Shown in pieces: positions 14,270-27,849 of a DNA stretch of 64,000 nt. A program made the position numbers and the translations under genes. This DNA comes from Eledone cirrhosa. Taxonomy: Eukaryota. Every line of letters begins with the position of its first letter. Position 1 is the first letter of the stretch. The notes beneath the pieces are model-generated. The model saw only the letters and a program-made list of their open reading frames with translations. It had not been told where the DNA came from and searched no databases. The DNA lies in the NCBI GenBank assembly GCA_964016885.1, contig OZ024743.1, positions 180,172,001-180,236,000 on the forward strand, in the 5' to 3' direction.

Positions 14270-17200
14270 AAACTAAGTCAGACATTCAAACATTACATTA
14301 CAATGAAACTTATGCTTATTTTTTAAGTTTTTACCTATTTATTTGTTTATTTATTTATGTTCGTCTACAGCGTGATAGTGCCACGCTAAAATCACTGGTG
14401 GTGATCAAATCACTGGGGGTGATGAAATCACCGGTGGTTATGTAACCATGCATTCACCAATCCTCGATATGAGTGTTTAAATATCGAGGATATTTCATGG
14501 TTCTGTGAAGTGGAGACTGGAATGTCATGTGACAGACTCTCACCCAGCAGGTGCTCCCTGGCCCACCAGGAGGTACCTGGCTGTCATCCAAATACTGTTG
14601 GTGTTGGAGGAAGAAGAAGAAGGAAAGGGACCAAAACCAACTGGACGAAAGAATTGAATAGAACTGTTATGCAATGTTACCTGAAGGGTAACCCCAAGGG
14701 AAAAGGCTATAGGAAACGGATGCATAGCATCTGGAACGAGATTGGTCTATTTAAATTAGATGAACAAAAATTGGCCGGGCAGGCTCGGGTAATAAGAACT
14801 AATGGGTGGATAAACGAGCTGAGAGATTAGATTGGAAATGGAGAGTGGAGTATGCCTGGCAAACGAGCCAGTGGGAAATGAAGGTGAAGAGGTTGAGAGA
14901 ATGGAGGAAGCATCCGAAGCAGACAATGATCTGAATGCTGAAATAAATAATACCTGGAACAAAGATACGGCCATTGAGGAAATGAATGCTGACGGGCTAG
15001 GAACAAGATTTGGTTGATATCCTAAACATAGTGGTAGATAAAATGAACAATGATAGTAGGAAACCTATGAACCTAAGATTTGTAGACAGGAACAAGTTAA
15101 AAGAAACAACAGCTAAGGTAAACAAAGTCATCCCATACCTTGAGGCGAGGAAACTTCACCAGTGCAACAATATCCTCAAAGCAACAGCAAATGCGATGAG
15201 GAAATTACTTGGCATAAACGCGAGAGGAAACAACAAACAAGAAATATCAGAACCATGGTAGAAGAAACGAATGAATGGTCAAATCAGGGAAATGAGAAAT
15301 GACATTGGAAAGCTTGAGTCCCTACAGAATGGGACACTACAAAACATAGACACCAAAAATAGACTGGAAATAAAGTACAAAACTAGGAGGAAAAAGCTAA
15401 ATATTATCATACTGAAGCAACACATTGTAGCAAAGATTGCAAAGATTAGGCGATACGAGAGCAGAGTCAGTCAGTATAGACACAACCGCATGTTTGACAA
15501 CGGCCAGCTTGAAGGGAAAGAAAGAGGCAACGACTTGATCCCTGAGGCGGAACAGACTAACACATTTGGAGAGGAATATGGGGGCAGGATGTTAAACATA
15601 ATGATCAGGCAGTGTGGATTGAGATAGTACAAAAGGAGATTAGTGAACAGGCACACCAACAAACTGATTTGAGTATCAGTTGAAACTCTTAAGGGGCAAG
15701 CCAGAAAACTAACCCACTGGAAATCACCAGGCCCAGATGGTGTGCAGGGGTATTGGATTAAAAATATAACATCCCTCCACCCGAAACTGACAACCATGTT
15801 CAATGACTGCTTGATGTCAGGTGAGGTACCAGAGTGGTTGACAAAAGGTAGCACAGTTCTGGTATGAAAGACCGAATCAAGGGTAATGATGTTACCAACT
15901 ATAGACCTATCACATGTCTGTCCGTAATGTGGAAACTGTTAACAAGCATTGTGTCTGAGGAAATCTACCATCACCTCCGCATAAACAACCTGTTACCGGA
16001 CGAACAGAAAGGATGCTGAAAGAAGTCCGTCCCGTGGTACAAAGGACCAATTACTTATTGATAAGATGATAATGAGGAATTGCAAGAGGAGACACACTGG
16101 TCTATCCATGGGATGGATAGACTACAAAAAGGCATTCGACATGGTACCTCATTCTTGGATAACCAAAAGCCTAGAGATCTTCCAGGTGGCAGATAACATC
16201 AGACAGTTGTTGAGTAAAAGTATGAAGTCCTGGAAAACAGAGTTAACATCGGGTGGAGAATCATTGGGAGGCGTGAAGATCAAGAGAAGTATCTTCCAGG
16301 GAGATAGCCTGTCCCCTCTGTTGTTTGTCCTTGCCCTGATCCCCCTGACCATTATACTGCGAAAAGTGAGAGCAGGATACAAGTTGGGGAAGGGAGAGCT
16401 TACCATCAATCACCTCCTCTTCATGGACGATCTTAAGTTCTTTGGGAAGAGTGAGATGTGCTTGTTGACACTGTCCGTATTTTCAGCAATGATATATGTA
16501 TGCAATTTGGTATTAGTAAGTGTGGAGTCCTAGTGATGAAGAGGGGGGTAAATTGAGCAGAAGCAATGGAATCCAGGTACCAACAGGTGAGATGATAATG
16601 GAAATTGACACTGAAGAAGGATACAAATTTGTAGGTGTTCTGGAGGAAGATGACATCAAGAACAAAAAAATGAAGGAATTAATAAGATCTGAGTACATAA
16701 GGAGAGTAATGAGTGTATTAAAGTCACATCTGAACAGTAGGAATGCCATAAGTGCAGTAAATTCCCGAGCTGTGTCTATTATTAGGTACAGTGCGGGAAT
16801 TCTGAGATAGAACGTTGCTGAACAAAAACAAACGGATAGGAAGACTAGGAAGTTATTGACTATCTACAACATGTTCCACAAGAGGAGTGATGTCAATAGA
16901 CTCTACTTAAGGAGATCTGAAGGTGGAAGAGGTCTTATCAGCATAGAGGACTGTGTTCAGATGGAGAAAAACAACCTACACAAATACATGACTGATAGTA
17001 GGGAGCCAATGCCCAGAATTGTATTGAAGGAGAGGACAATAGACCAGGGGATGTCCAAGGAGGAAATAACAACAAGGAGGAAGAACAACCTAAATGAAAA
17101 ATCCCTTCATAGTACCTTCTTTGAGAAACCTGAATTTAGAGATCCACAGACATCGAACTGGTTGAAAAGAGGAGACTTTAAAAAGGCTACAGAAGGAATG

Positions 17201-17832
17201 CTAATGGCGGCGCAAGAGCAGGCCCTCAAAACGAAATTGGTGAAACACCATATTTACAAGGAGGAGGCTAGCCCACTGTGTAGGATCTGTGAAGAAAGGG
17301 AGGAGACTGTGGCTCACATTGTATCCGAGTGTAAACACCTAGCCCAGACTCACTGTGAAGGCTGGAGACATGATGTGATGGGCAGGGTGATCCACTGGCA
17401 CCTATGCAAAGTTAACAATTTACCACATTCTGAGAAGTGGTATGAGCATTATCCAGAGTCGGTGATAGAAAACGATCAGGTGAAGGTGCTGTGAGATTTT
17501 AGGATACAGACGGACAAGAAACTGGAACACTATAGACCCGACCTGGTGGTTTTGGACAAGGAAAAAAGATGGTGCCTAATTGTGGATGTAGCCTACCTAC
17601 TCGACACGAGAGTGCAAGAGAAGGACAGGGAGAAAATTAACCGATCCCAGGAATTAAAGTGGGGGGAAAAAGGATTTGGAACTGCCATGAAGTCAAAGTG
17701 GTCCCGATTGTCATAGGCACACTAGGCACTCTCTCAAAGAGTTTTCAGGGATGGTTAAAGAAAATTGGTCCCGCCTCGCTTTTTGGAACACTTCAAAAGG
17801 CATGCTTGCTGGGAACTGCAAGAACCCTCCGA
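14270..17832 (+). mobile_element. R4/Dong family A copy 2, frameshifted and 3'-truncated
   Basis: Colinear with 4330-7935; many stops and frameshifts; retains KAFD and the full CCHC; loses the last codons and 3' UTR at the junction with the Tx1-type element. Confidence 0.88.
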
Positions 17833-18096
17833 GTCCCGGAAGATCGACCTTACCTCGAGATCCAGTCCTTTCCTAAACAGCACTGCCACCTCACCCCCCA
17901 TTCCCGGCCTGCTAACAGATGCGAAGATATGATAGTCGTCGAAAATGGGAGCTAGTGCGCGCGTGTTGGAAATTCTGGTCTCGCTGACGGCAATCACATC
18001 CATTTCCAGCGACCTGAGGTCGTTGAGCAGGCGACCCCGCTTCCAGGGTGACCCCAGGCCGCGAACATTTAAACTTCCTACTCTTAATATGGCCAT
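17826..18096 (-). pseudogene. APE-type endonuclease N-terminus of LINE ORF2, truncated
   Basis: SLNVRGL, D(V)IAVSET, GG(E)VAVL and DSEG motifs of L1/Tx1 APE domains. Confidence 0.8.
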
Positions 18097-18125
18097 GTTG
18101 GTAAGCAGAGAGAGAGAGGGAAGGT

Positions 18126-20040
18126 TTACTTACCTCCTGGGGTCTTGTGAAGGTCGGGTGATTCGCCTCCATGGTTGGTGCGGTTTCTTTTGGGAACCAC
18201 TTTAAAAGTCTCGATGTGGGTTTCACATCCGGGGTTCCACGTCTTGAGGAAAGCTCTCTCGAATTTCTTTGAAGGAATTGAGTGACATTCGGACCAGAAG
18301 CAAATCTTCTGGCACGCAAACGTGCTCATTTCAAAAGTCTCCCCCTCTGTTTGAATGTCCTCGCTTCGTGCTAAGAGAGCCATCAGTTTATCGTTGGCCC
18401 TTCTGACAAACACGAAGTTTTTAACATTTTGTTGGTGTGGTTTTATTTGTTTTCGTTTTGGTGACTGTGGTGGTGATGGTTTTTGTGGTGTTGTTTCGAG
18501 TATGTATGTGTTTGTTGAAGGTCTGTTGTCTGAAATTTCAGGTATTTGTGTGTTTGTTTAGGTTGTTTGCGTTTCCAGGATTGTGGGGGTGGTGTCGATG
18601 TTGCTGTTGATGCTGATGTTATTGGGGAAGTGTTTGCGTTAGTGGTGTCTGTATTATTTGTTGTGTATGTTTTTGTGTGTTGTTGGGGCTTTTTTTTGGT
18701 GAGTTTTCACTGTATTTTTGCACTTTTGGGTTTTCCTTCATCTTCGCTGCTGGAAGACAAAGGGTCTGTGGCGGTGAGTGTCTCTGTGTCTGTGTGTGCG
18801 TTTATTGTTTTGTCTATGTGTATAATTGGGAGGATTGGTTTTGTTGTTGGTGGTGATCCGGCTGTTTTTGATGTTGGTGTCCGTGTCTTTGGTGGTGGTG
18901 GTGGTGCAGCTTTCCGTGCTGACACTGGCGTTGGCAACAAAGGAGGTTTGCGAGCCCTTGCATTTTTGTGCTGAGGGCAGAAGGCTTGCAGATGCGTTGC
19001 TTCCCCGCAGACGAAGCAGTGTGGTCTTCTTCCCTCAGTGATTAGTTGGATTGTTGTCCCGTCCTGAAGGCGAGCAAAATCCGGGATGTTCATGTCCTCC
19101 GGTTTCATTTGGAGAAGAATCTCCAAATCCATTCCGGACCAGTCCTCTCTCTCTGTCCTTTTGATATCCAGGAGGGTGGTGTCTGTCCCCTCCTCGATTA
19201 CGCATCCCAGCAGCCACCATATGTTCATTCCTGGTGGGATGCTGGGAATGCGGACCTTTACTATCCTTTTACCCATATAGGACGGCTGCATGATAATGCG
19301 TTCCGTTCTGCAGGGGGTCACCGAGTGCTTAATAGCGAGGGCCTCGGTTTTGAACAGTACCAAGATGGTACCGAACTGTTTGCCTCTTCCTTTATACTCT
19401 ATGTTACTTCCGATGTACTCCAAAGCAGCCTCGACCTCTGCTTGGCTGGCAGGTTCCACTTTTCGTTATTGCACCGAAATGCATCGAAAGTACACCGTCC
19501 TCCTTTGCATGGCCGCTATTGCCTCGTTCGGGATGGTCAGGTTTAACCAGGACTTCTCCCGTTTAATTAGCCTCCACGCTTTGGCCAACTGTTCGTCTTT
19601 ATCGCTAATATCAATATCAATATTCAATAAGCGCTTTGTTTTTGCTGCTGCTGCAGCAAATGTGGTGTTGCTGATGCTCTTGTTGTTGGTGTTGTCATTC
19701 TTGCTGTTGTTATTGGTGTTGTTGTTATTTTGTTTGTTGATGCTGTTTCCACCGCCATCCGTGTTTACATTGAAGCTGTCGGTGTTATTGCCGTTATTGC
19801 TCTGAGTTGTTGTTGTTGTGGTGGTGGTGGTGGTGGCGGTGGTGGTGGTGATGTCGTGTCGTTTTCAGATGATACTGCTGCTATCACAGAAGGTTGTGAT
19901 GGAAGATTTTGAGTTATACCTTCACATTCAGTAGAGTGGATGACAGGTTTAACTGTAGCCGTCGTAGTCGTGGTGAAATCTACAGTGGCTGCCTTTAAAC
20001 TTTTGACCTGAACGTTGTTCACCGTTTCAAGGTCGAACAT
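18126..20040 (-). pseudogene. LINE ORF1 (gag-like, CCHC knuckle), interrupted
   Basis: Fragments 19765-20040, 18707-19459 and 18126-18413; P/T-rich linkers; CX2CX4HX4C motif. Confidence 0.7.
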
Positions 20041-20148
20041 TTTTTGGTGGGGAAGGGATTTTTTCGAAGTTTTTTAAAAATAAATCTGAATATTCGGGCT
20101 TAAAAATAATAATAAAAAGAAAATACAGTAAAAAAATGAAAATACAGT

Positions 20149-21879
20149 ATAAAAATCAACAAGTGACATAGACATGCTGATAGAAATAATCAAGCAAAGA
20201 GTGTTGGCCAAAGCTGCTCGTATAAGGCGCTTTGAAAAACGATCTAGTCAACAATAACTGCTAAATCAATACCACCCAAGGATGAAGTGCAAGAATTCTG
20301 GGAAAAGATCTGGGCCGAAGAAAAAGTTCATAATATACATGCCCCATGGATAGACAGACAAATGAAAGATACAGCTCACCTTGAGCAACAAATATGGGGA
20401 AAATATAACAGTTGAACAGTTGCGTTTGGCTCTTAGAAAATCCAGCAAATGGAAATCCCCAGGAAAAGACAAAATACAAAATCTTTGGATAAATGCCTTC
20501 AAAGAGTCTCATGAGCTGTTAGCCCAAGTTTACAATGAAATAGTTAAGGAGCCAGAAAAGATACCATCATGGCTAGTTAACGGCATTACATTCCTGCTTC
20601 CGAAGAATGATGAGACAAACAATCCCAAAAATTACAGACCGATAACTTGCTTGACCACAATGTATAACATTTTAACATCAGTCCTAACTGAATATACATA
20701 TGACCACCTCATAACAAATGACCTATTTCCTATTGAGCAGAAAGTGTGTAAACGAGGCTCATATGGCTGTAAGGATCAGCTTTTGGTTAACAAAATGATA
20801 CTGGAAGATTGTCATAATAGACACAAAAATCTATCAATTGCTTGGATAGATTATAAAAAAGCATTCGATAGTGTGCCAGAAAGTAGGATTGAAAAATGTT
20901 TAGAGATTTTCAAAATATCTCCAGTTGTCAGGAGGTTCTTGTCATTCAGTATGAAGACATGGAAAACGACACTCCTTTTTGAATAGTGAAAAGGAATCAC
21001 TGGAAGCTGGAAAAGTTAATATTAATTGTGGAATTTTTCAGGATGACTCTTTATCACAGCTTTTATTCTGCATCGCACTTATGCCATTACGTAAAATGCT
21101 CAATGAAACAAAACATACATATAAAGTCTATGACAAAACCATTAATCAGTTGTTCTACATGCATGACCTGAAACTATTTGCAAAAAATGTTGAACAATTG
21201 CACTGGGAAGCAGTTCAGTGATGACATTAAAATGGAGTTTGAACTAGATAAATGCGCCAAAGCAACGTTCGGAAAGCTGCTGAAAGGAAAGCTGCTGAAA
21301 AGTTCAGACATTAATCTTGATCGGGGAATGTGATAAGAGAACTTGATCCGGAGCAAACTTACAAATATCTAGGTGTTTGTGAAGGAGATGGAATCAAGCA
21401 CTCGACAATGAGGGAAAGGATAAGGAATCTTAAGCAATCTTAAGAACGGAATTGAATGCAAGGAATAGGATCGATGCCATAAACACGCTTGCCATACCAG
21501 TAGTAACCTACAGTTACAATGTCATCAACTGGTCAAGCACAGATACAAAAATTCGAAAATTCTTATCCATGCACAGAATGCATCACCCTAAGGCAGATAC
21601 AGATAGAATATATCTCCCTAGGAAGAAGGAGGACATGGGTTAATCCAGTTAGATATTGCGTTGATAACTGCAACAATTGGATTATGTACATATCTAAGGA
21701 AATCATGTTATTGGATGATCAAACTCGTTTTGAAACACGAAAGCATCAAAAGATCATACTCTATTACAAAAGATTCACAACGATACCGTAATGGACTACA
21801 AATTTTAGATCATATAATTTCAATGTGCAGTCCTATAGCTCCAATCGAATACCTAAACAGGCATGACAGAGCTGCACAG
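20149..21879 (+). mobile_element. R4/Dong family B copy 2, internal fragment with deletions
   Basis: Matches 10420-12118 with gaps; carries the 21232-21667 segment that is missing from copy 1. Confidence 0.85.
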
Positions 21880-21894
21880 CCAGTAGATACGACA

Positions 21895-22310
21895 GTGGGG
21901 GGTGGGAGAGAGAAAGAAAAAGAGAGTAAGGGGATGAGAAAGAAAGAGAGACAGAGAGTGAGTGGATGGGAGAGAGAGAGTAAGGGGATGTTAGAGAGAA
22001 AGAAAGTGGGTAAGGGATGAGAGAGGAAGAGAGAGAGTGGGAGATGGGAGAGAGTGAGAGTAAGGGGATGTGAGAGAGAAAGAAAGAGAGTAAGGGGATG
22101 AAAGAGAAAGATGATGAAAGAGAGAGAGGGAAAGCAACAAGCGTTGTTAACTTTTATTTATTTATTGTTTTTACACACTTTTTAACTCTCCCGCTTCCTT
22201 AACGTTATTTATCTTTTCTTTATTTTTTGTTCTCTATTCTGTAATGAGAGCGGGGATGTGAGAGAGAAAGAGAGAGAGCGAGAGTAATGGGATGGGAGAG
22301 AGAGAGAGAG
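21895..22310. repeat. GA-rich minisatellite (GAGAGAGTAAGGGGATG-like units)
   Basis: Direct reading. Confidence 0.7.
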
Positions 22311-22810
22311 GGAAAGTATCCAGCTTTTATTTATTTATTATTTTTACACACTTCTTAACTCTCCCAATGTTATTTATCTTTTATTTATTTTTTGTTCGCT
22401 ATTCTGTAGAGAAAAACCACCCTTCCAGTGGTTTTCTGGTAGCATGTGTGTGTGTATATTGATATTATACTCAGGTATATATACATGTATATATGATACA
22501 TCAAATAAAATCGTAATTGACAATACATAATACATAGAAATTGAACGAAGACTTATGTAATCAGTAACGTAATCCACGATACATTAAAAAAGACGATATT
22601 ATATATAAACTGCATTAGGAGAAAATTAGTGACGGAAAATTAGTATGTCTATTTTAGCGATCGCCACTGGAAGTGTTTACATTTCAGAAATGTTAAAGAA
22701 GTGAATCATTAAATAAACAAAATATATTTAATGAACAGCCACGAAATTTAGTAGATAAATTATGTAATATTCATTCATTATTTATTCAAAGTAATGCTTT
22801 CCAGCATAGT

Positions 22811-22948
22811 TACGTCCCTTTACGATCTGAGTTCAAATCCCGCCGAGGTTGACTTTGCCTTTCATCCTTACGGGGTCGATAAAATAAAGTACCAGTACTG
22901 CACTGGGTAATTGCTGGCCTTGTGCCTAAAGTAGAAACAATTATTTAT
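22811..22948 (+). mobile_element. SINE 3' portion
   Basis: GAGTTCAAATCCCGCCGAGG..GACTTTGCCTTTCATCC..GGGGTCGATAAAATAAAGTACCAGT..AGAAACAATTATT. Confidence 0.8.
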
Positions 22949-23523
22949 TCAAAGTAATCCAACTTATTTTACAAACGGGATAAAAAAAATATACCGTACG
23001 AATCCCGCAGATTTACACACACATATGTGTGTGTTCTTTAGCAGACGATATATGTTACCATCAAAGCTTATTTTCTACATATGTCTAAAGAAATCACAGA
23101 TGCTTTTATAGAAGTTGTATATATGTATGTATTTAACAGACACAAACAAACGGTATTTTTAAAAGATATTATTTGAATATATTATTTTCCGCTGTTATTT
23201 CAATTAACACAGAAAATATTCTTTTTGTAGTATTTATCGTTTTTTGGGGGGAAGTTGGATAAAAAATGATAATTTCAGAATACAATCTGAAATCCCAATA
23301 TTTTCTACATATGTCTAAACTTAATTACACCTAATATACATTCATATAAAGAGATCATTTAAAACAACTTTACTGAGTGAACAATACATTCTATAATTGT
23401 TTCTATTTCGGAAAGAGTGTGGTGTGTAATAATTGTTTCTACTTTTGGCACAAGGCCAGCAATTATTCCAGTACATTACTGATACTTTATTTTATTGTGT
23501 GGTGTGTAATAATATCGCTTCAA

Positions 23524-26500
23524 ATGCCTAGAAAATGTTCCAGATCCTTATATGAAAGGTCATCTTCAGAGGTTAAGAGAAAGAAAACACAGCGATCTGA
23601 AGAAAGTGAAGAAATTCGGCATGCCCGTTTAGCTGCTAACAGAGCCCAAACAGCAGCAAATCAGTCGAAATGCTAATCAAGCACATCGTTCTACTGCCCG
23701 AGCAGGAGAACAAGCCACAAGTAAAATGAACTGGTTGATGGCTGCTTTTTCTTATGACCCCCAAAAGGACTACAGCAGTAATCCACAAATCAACATTGGG
23801 AAAATGAACAAATGCTGCCAGAATTGTGGTGTCAAAAGTGGGCAGCAAAAACACCAAGTCTATGCTGCTCAAAAGGCAAAGTGAGCCTTAAAACAATACA
23901 AGAACCTCCTGAATTTCTGAAGAATTTGCTCCTTTGGCATACACTAGAAGCACGACACTTCAATAAATACATCATGAAATACAATTCTGCCTTTCAAATG
24001 ATATCTTTTGAGGCTGACAGGAATGTGACGGACTTTAGATTCTGTAGAACATATAAAATTCAGGGACAGTGTTACCACTTAATGGGTGGCCTTCTGCCAC
24101 TTTCACAGGAGTCTCACAAATTTGTGCAGGTTTACTTCATGGGTGGAAATGAAAGACAGGCACAACAAAGATGTACCAATGTCCATGGTGGATTGCAGTT
24201 CTACACAGTCATAAAGTTACAAAAAATGCTTCAACAACATCACATGTACGTCAGTGTATTTAAATATTCACTGGAGAATATGAACAACACCAGAGATCGT
24301 AAAATCATCATTAGGGCAGACAAACGCCCAGCTTCAGAAAATGAACGCAGATTCAATGCACCTGTCACTGATGAAGTTGCAATCAAAATGGTTGATGAAC
24401 AGCATGAATGACGTGACATTGTTTTGCAAAAACGAAGTGGACATTTGGAGCGAATTTGTGAAACTCATGCAGCCTATGATTCACTCCAATATCCGCTCAT
24501 CTTTTGGAATGGTCAAGATGGATATCATTTTCAGCTACGGCAGATCAGCCTAGGAATGGGACAAGAAACTGGCTGCAAAGAATTCTATGCTTATCATTTC
24601 ATGGTACGTGATCACTTCAACCAAATTCTGTGATTCAAAGAAGTAACCAGCCAGTTCATGGTGGACATGTATGCCAAAATTGAAACAGAAAGATTGGGTT
24701 TTCTGCGAAGGAATCAAACTAAATTGAGGGCAGATAACTACATCCACCTTAGAGATCCCGTCAATTCTGATGTTGACCCAAGAAATATTGGCCTGCCAGT
24801 CATACTACCATCAAGCTTCACGGGAGAACCACGTTACATGCATGAACGTACGCAAGATGCAATGGCCTATGTCAGAAAATTTGGTCGGCCAGATCTCTTC
24901 ATTACATTTACCTGCAATTCAAACTGGTCAGAATTATCAAATGAATTATTTCAAAATCAAAAACCAAAGGATCGACATGACCACATTGCTCGGGTTTTCC
25001 ATGAAAAGCAAAAAAAACTCATCTGGCTCCTAAAAGAAGGGAGAATCTTTGATGAGCTTAGTGCTTGGATGACCACTATTGAGTGGCAGAAGAGAGGTCT
25101 TCCTCACTCTCACACACTAATCTGGTGCAAGGAGAAGATAAGACCAGATGATGTTGATAAGATCATTTCAGCAGAGTTGCCTGATAAAGGTGGTGATCCA
25201 GAGCTCTTTGAAACCATCAAGTCCAAACTCATTCATGGTACATGTGGATTCATCAATCCAGCCCCTCCCTGCATGAAAGATAAAAAATGCAGCAAACATT
25301 ATCCTAGAGATTTTATTCGAGAAACTCGGACTGACAATAATGGATACCCCCTTTATCGTAGGCGTAGAGCAGAACATGGAGGCAATACTGCAAGCCTAAC
25401 AGTTCGAGAAGAGGAGCTGACTATAAACAATCAGTGGGTCGTCCCACACAACAAATTGTTGTCTAAACTTTTAAAAGCTCATATCAATGTTGAGTATTGC
25501 AGCTCCGTGAAGGCAATCCTATATGTCACAAAATATATCAACAAGGGCAGTGACATGGCTACCTTTATTACTGACAAAGAACTCAATGATGGGAGGATGG
25601 ATGAGGTCAAACGGTATCACACAGGTCGATACATCTCCAGCAATGAAGCTATCTGGCGAATCTTTGGATTTGATATTCATCAACGCCACCCAACAGTGGT
25701 CAACCTCTCAGTCCATCTGGAAAATGGACAAGAGTGTACTTCACTGAGATCACTGCTCATCAGTTGGAACAAGCATCACATGACACTACACTAACTGCTT
25801 TCTTTAAACTCTGCCAGAATGATGATTTTGCTCGAATCTCTCCTATATGCTGAAGTCCCAACATACTACACCTGGACAAATTGCAAGACTTGGAATCGAA
25901 GAAAGCAGGGTCATTTAGTGGAAGGTCATGAAGTCAAGTCAATTGGTGCTATTGGGCGTGTTTATAATGTTCATCCCAACAATAGAGAATGTTTTTATTT
26001 ACGGCTACTTCTGCATACTGTTCGAGGACCAACGTCATTTGAGGATCTTAGGTGCTTCAGAGGAAGGGAGTGCGCAACGTACCAAGAAGCATGTAAACAG
26101 CATGGACTCCTGCATGACAATGGACACTGGAAGAAGTTCCTAGAAGAAGCAGCAATGACTCAAGTAGCCAGTCAAATAAGACAATTATTTGCTATTATGC
26201 TCACAGCATGTGGAATTGATGAAGCTCATCTACTCTAGCAGGAGTACAAAAACAATATGTCCGACGACTATCTACACCTAGCCCAAAGACATCATGGCAA
26301 TATGTATATGGAATATACCCCCAGGATTTACAATCAAGCTCTCTGTGACCTGTCCCATCGAGTTCAGGCAATGAATAGCACATTAGCTAACTGCGGGATG
26401 CCAGAGCCAGATGAAGAAATGGAGGTAGCACAAGACATATTTCAGGAGACCAACTATGATATTCAAGCATTGCGTAAGCTTGTGGATGAAAATGAACCTT

Positions 26501-27849
26501 GATTGATGGATGACCAGAAATACGCCTACCACAACATCATCGATAACGTTCAAAATGACAGGGGAGGACTTTTCTTCATCGATGCTCCTGCTGGCACAGG
26601 CAAAACATTCCTCATAAACCTTCTGCTTGAAAAAGTTCGCCAAAAGCAACATATTGCCCTTGCTGTGGCTTCAAGTGGCATTGCAGCAACACTTCTGAAT
26701 GGATGAAGAACTGCACACTCCATGTTTAAGTTGCCCATAGATCTCAAACGGCATGAACAATCTTTTTGCAACATCAAGAAGTACTCACCCAAGGGCAAGC
26801 TTCTACAAACATGCAAGATGATAATTTGGGATGAAGCTACTATGAGCCATAAAGGAGCAATTGAAGCTTTGGACCGGACGATAAGGGATCTGAGAGAAAA
26901 TAGTTGCATAATGGGAGGAGTGACAATGGTTCTTGCTGGTGATTTCAGACAGACTCTGCCTGTAATTCTTCGAGGGACTCGAGCTGATCAGATCAATGCC
27001 TGTCTCAAAACATCCTATCTCTGGCCCCGCTTTCAGCTGCTGAGCCTTACAACCAGCACGCGAGTGCACTTAACTGGTGATGAAGGTGTCAGTGAGTTTG
27101 CCATCCAACTACTTAAATTGGGAAATGGACTTCTTGAAAAGGACTCCAATGACCATATTCACTTGTCATTTGGCCATATCATTGACACAGAACAAAAACT
27201 GATTGCCAGAGTGTTTCCAAACATTCAGACCAAGCAATGTGATCCGAAATGGCTCTGTGAACGAGCAATCTTAGCACCTAAAAATGTTGCTGTGAAAGAA
27301 ATCAACAGAAGGCTGCTGGAGATGTTACCGGGAGAGAATATATACTACAAATCAGTTGACACAATCACTTCTCAAGACTAGGTTGTAAACTATCCAACTG
27401 AATTTTTGAACAGTCTTGAACGAGCGGGAATTCCTCCACACAACCTGATACTGAAGCTTGGGCATCGGTTATGCTACTTCGCAATCTGGATCCTCCAAAA
27501 CTTTGTAATCACACAAGACTCATCATCAAAAATATCATGTCCAATGTTCTAGAAGTTGCAATCATGTCAGGAAACCAATTGTTTCATTCCCAGAATACCC
27601 CTGAAGCTAACTGATTTGCCATTTGAATTTCAAAGACTTCAATTTCCGATCAGGCTCAGTTTTGCCATGACCATTAATAAATCTCAAGGGCAATCATTGA
27701 AAGTCGTTGGTTTGAATCTGGCAGATCCTGTCTTTTCACATGGTCAACTCTATGTTGGCACAACAAGGGTAGGGAACCCTGATTTTCTCTTCATGGTGGC
27801 ACCACAGGGCAAAACCAAGAATGTTGTTTATCCAGAGGCTTTGGAATGA
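23524..27849 (+). pseudogene. Helitron RepHel (HUH endonuclease + PIF1-like helicase), disrupted
   Basis: Rep motifs PDLFITFTCN, EWQKRGLPHSH and YVTKYINK; helicase motifs DAPAGTGKT, IIWDEATM, GDFRQTLPV, FAMTINKSQGQS and FSHGQLYV; multiple stops and frameshifts. Confidence 0.93.

Larger units (their letters stand above)
17826..20145 (-). mobile_element. 5' half of an L1/Tx1-type LINE (ORF1 plus start of ORF2)
   Basis: ORF1 pieces 20040-18126 with zinc knuckle CFVCGEATHLQAFC; ORF2 starts MAILRVGSLNVRGL...DVIAVSET, an APE endonuclease N-terminus. Confidence 0.8.

Noticed and set aside
4597-27069. Antisense and alternate-frame ORFs within the LINEs and Helitron
   Set aside because: Shadows of the real coding frames with no independent motifs.
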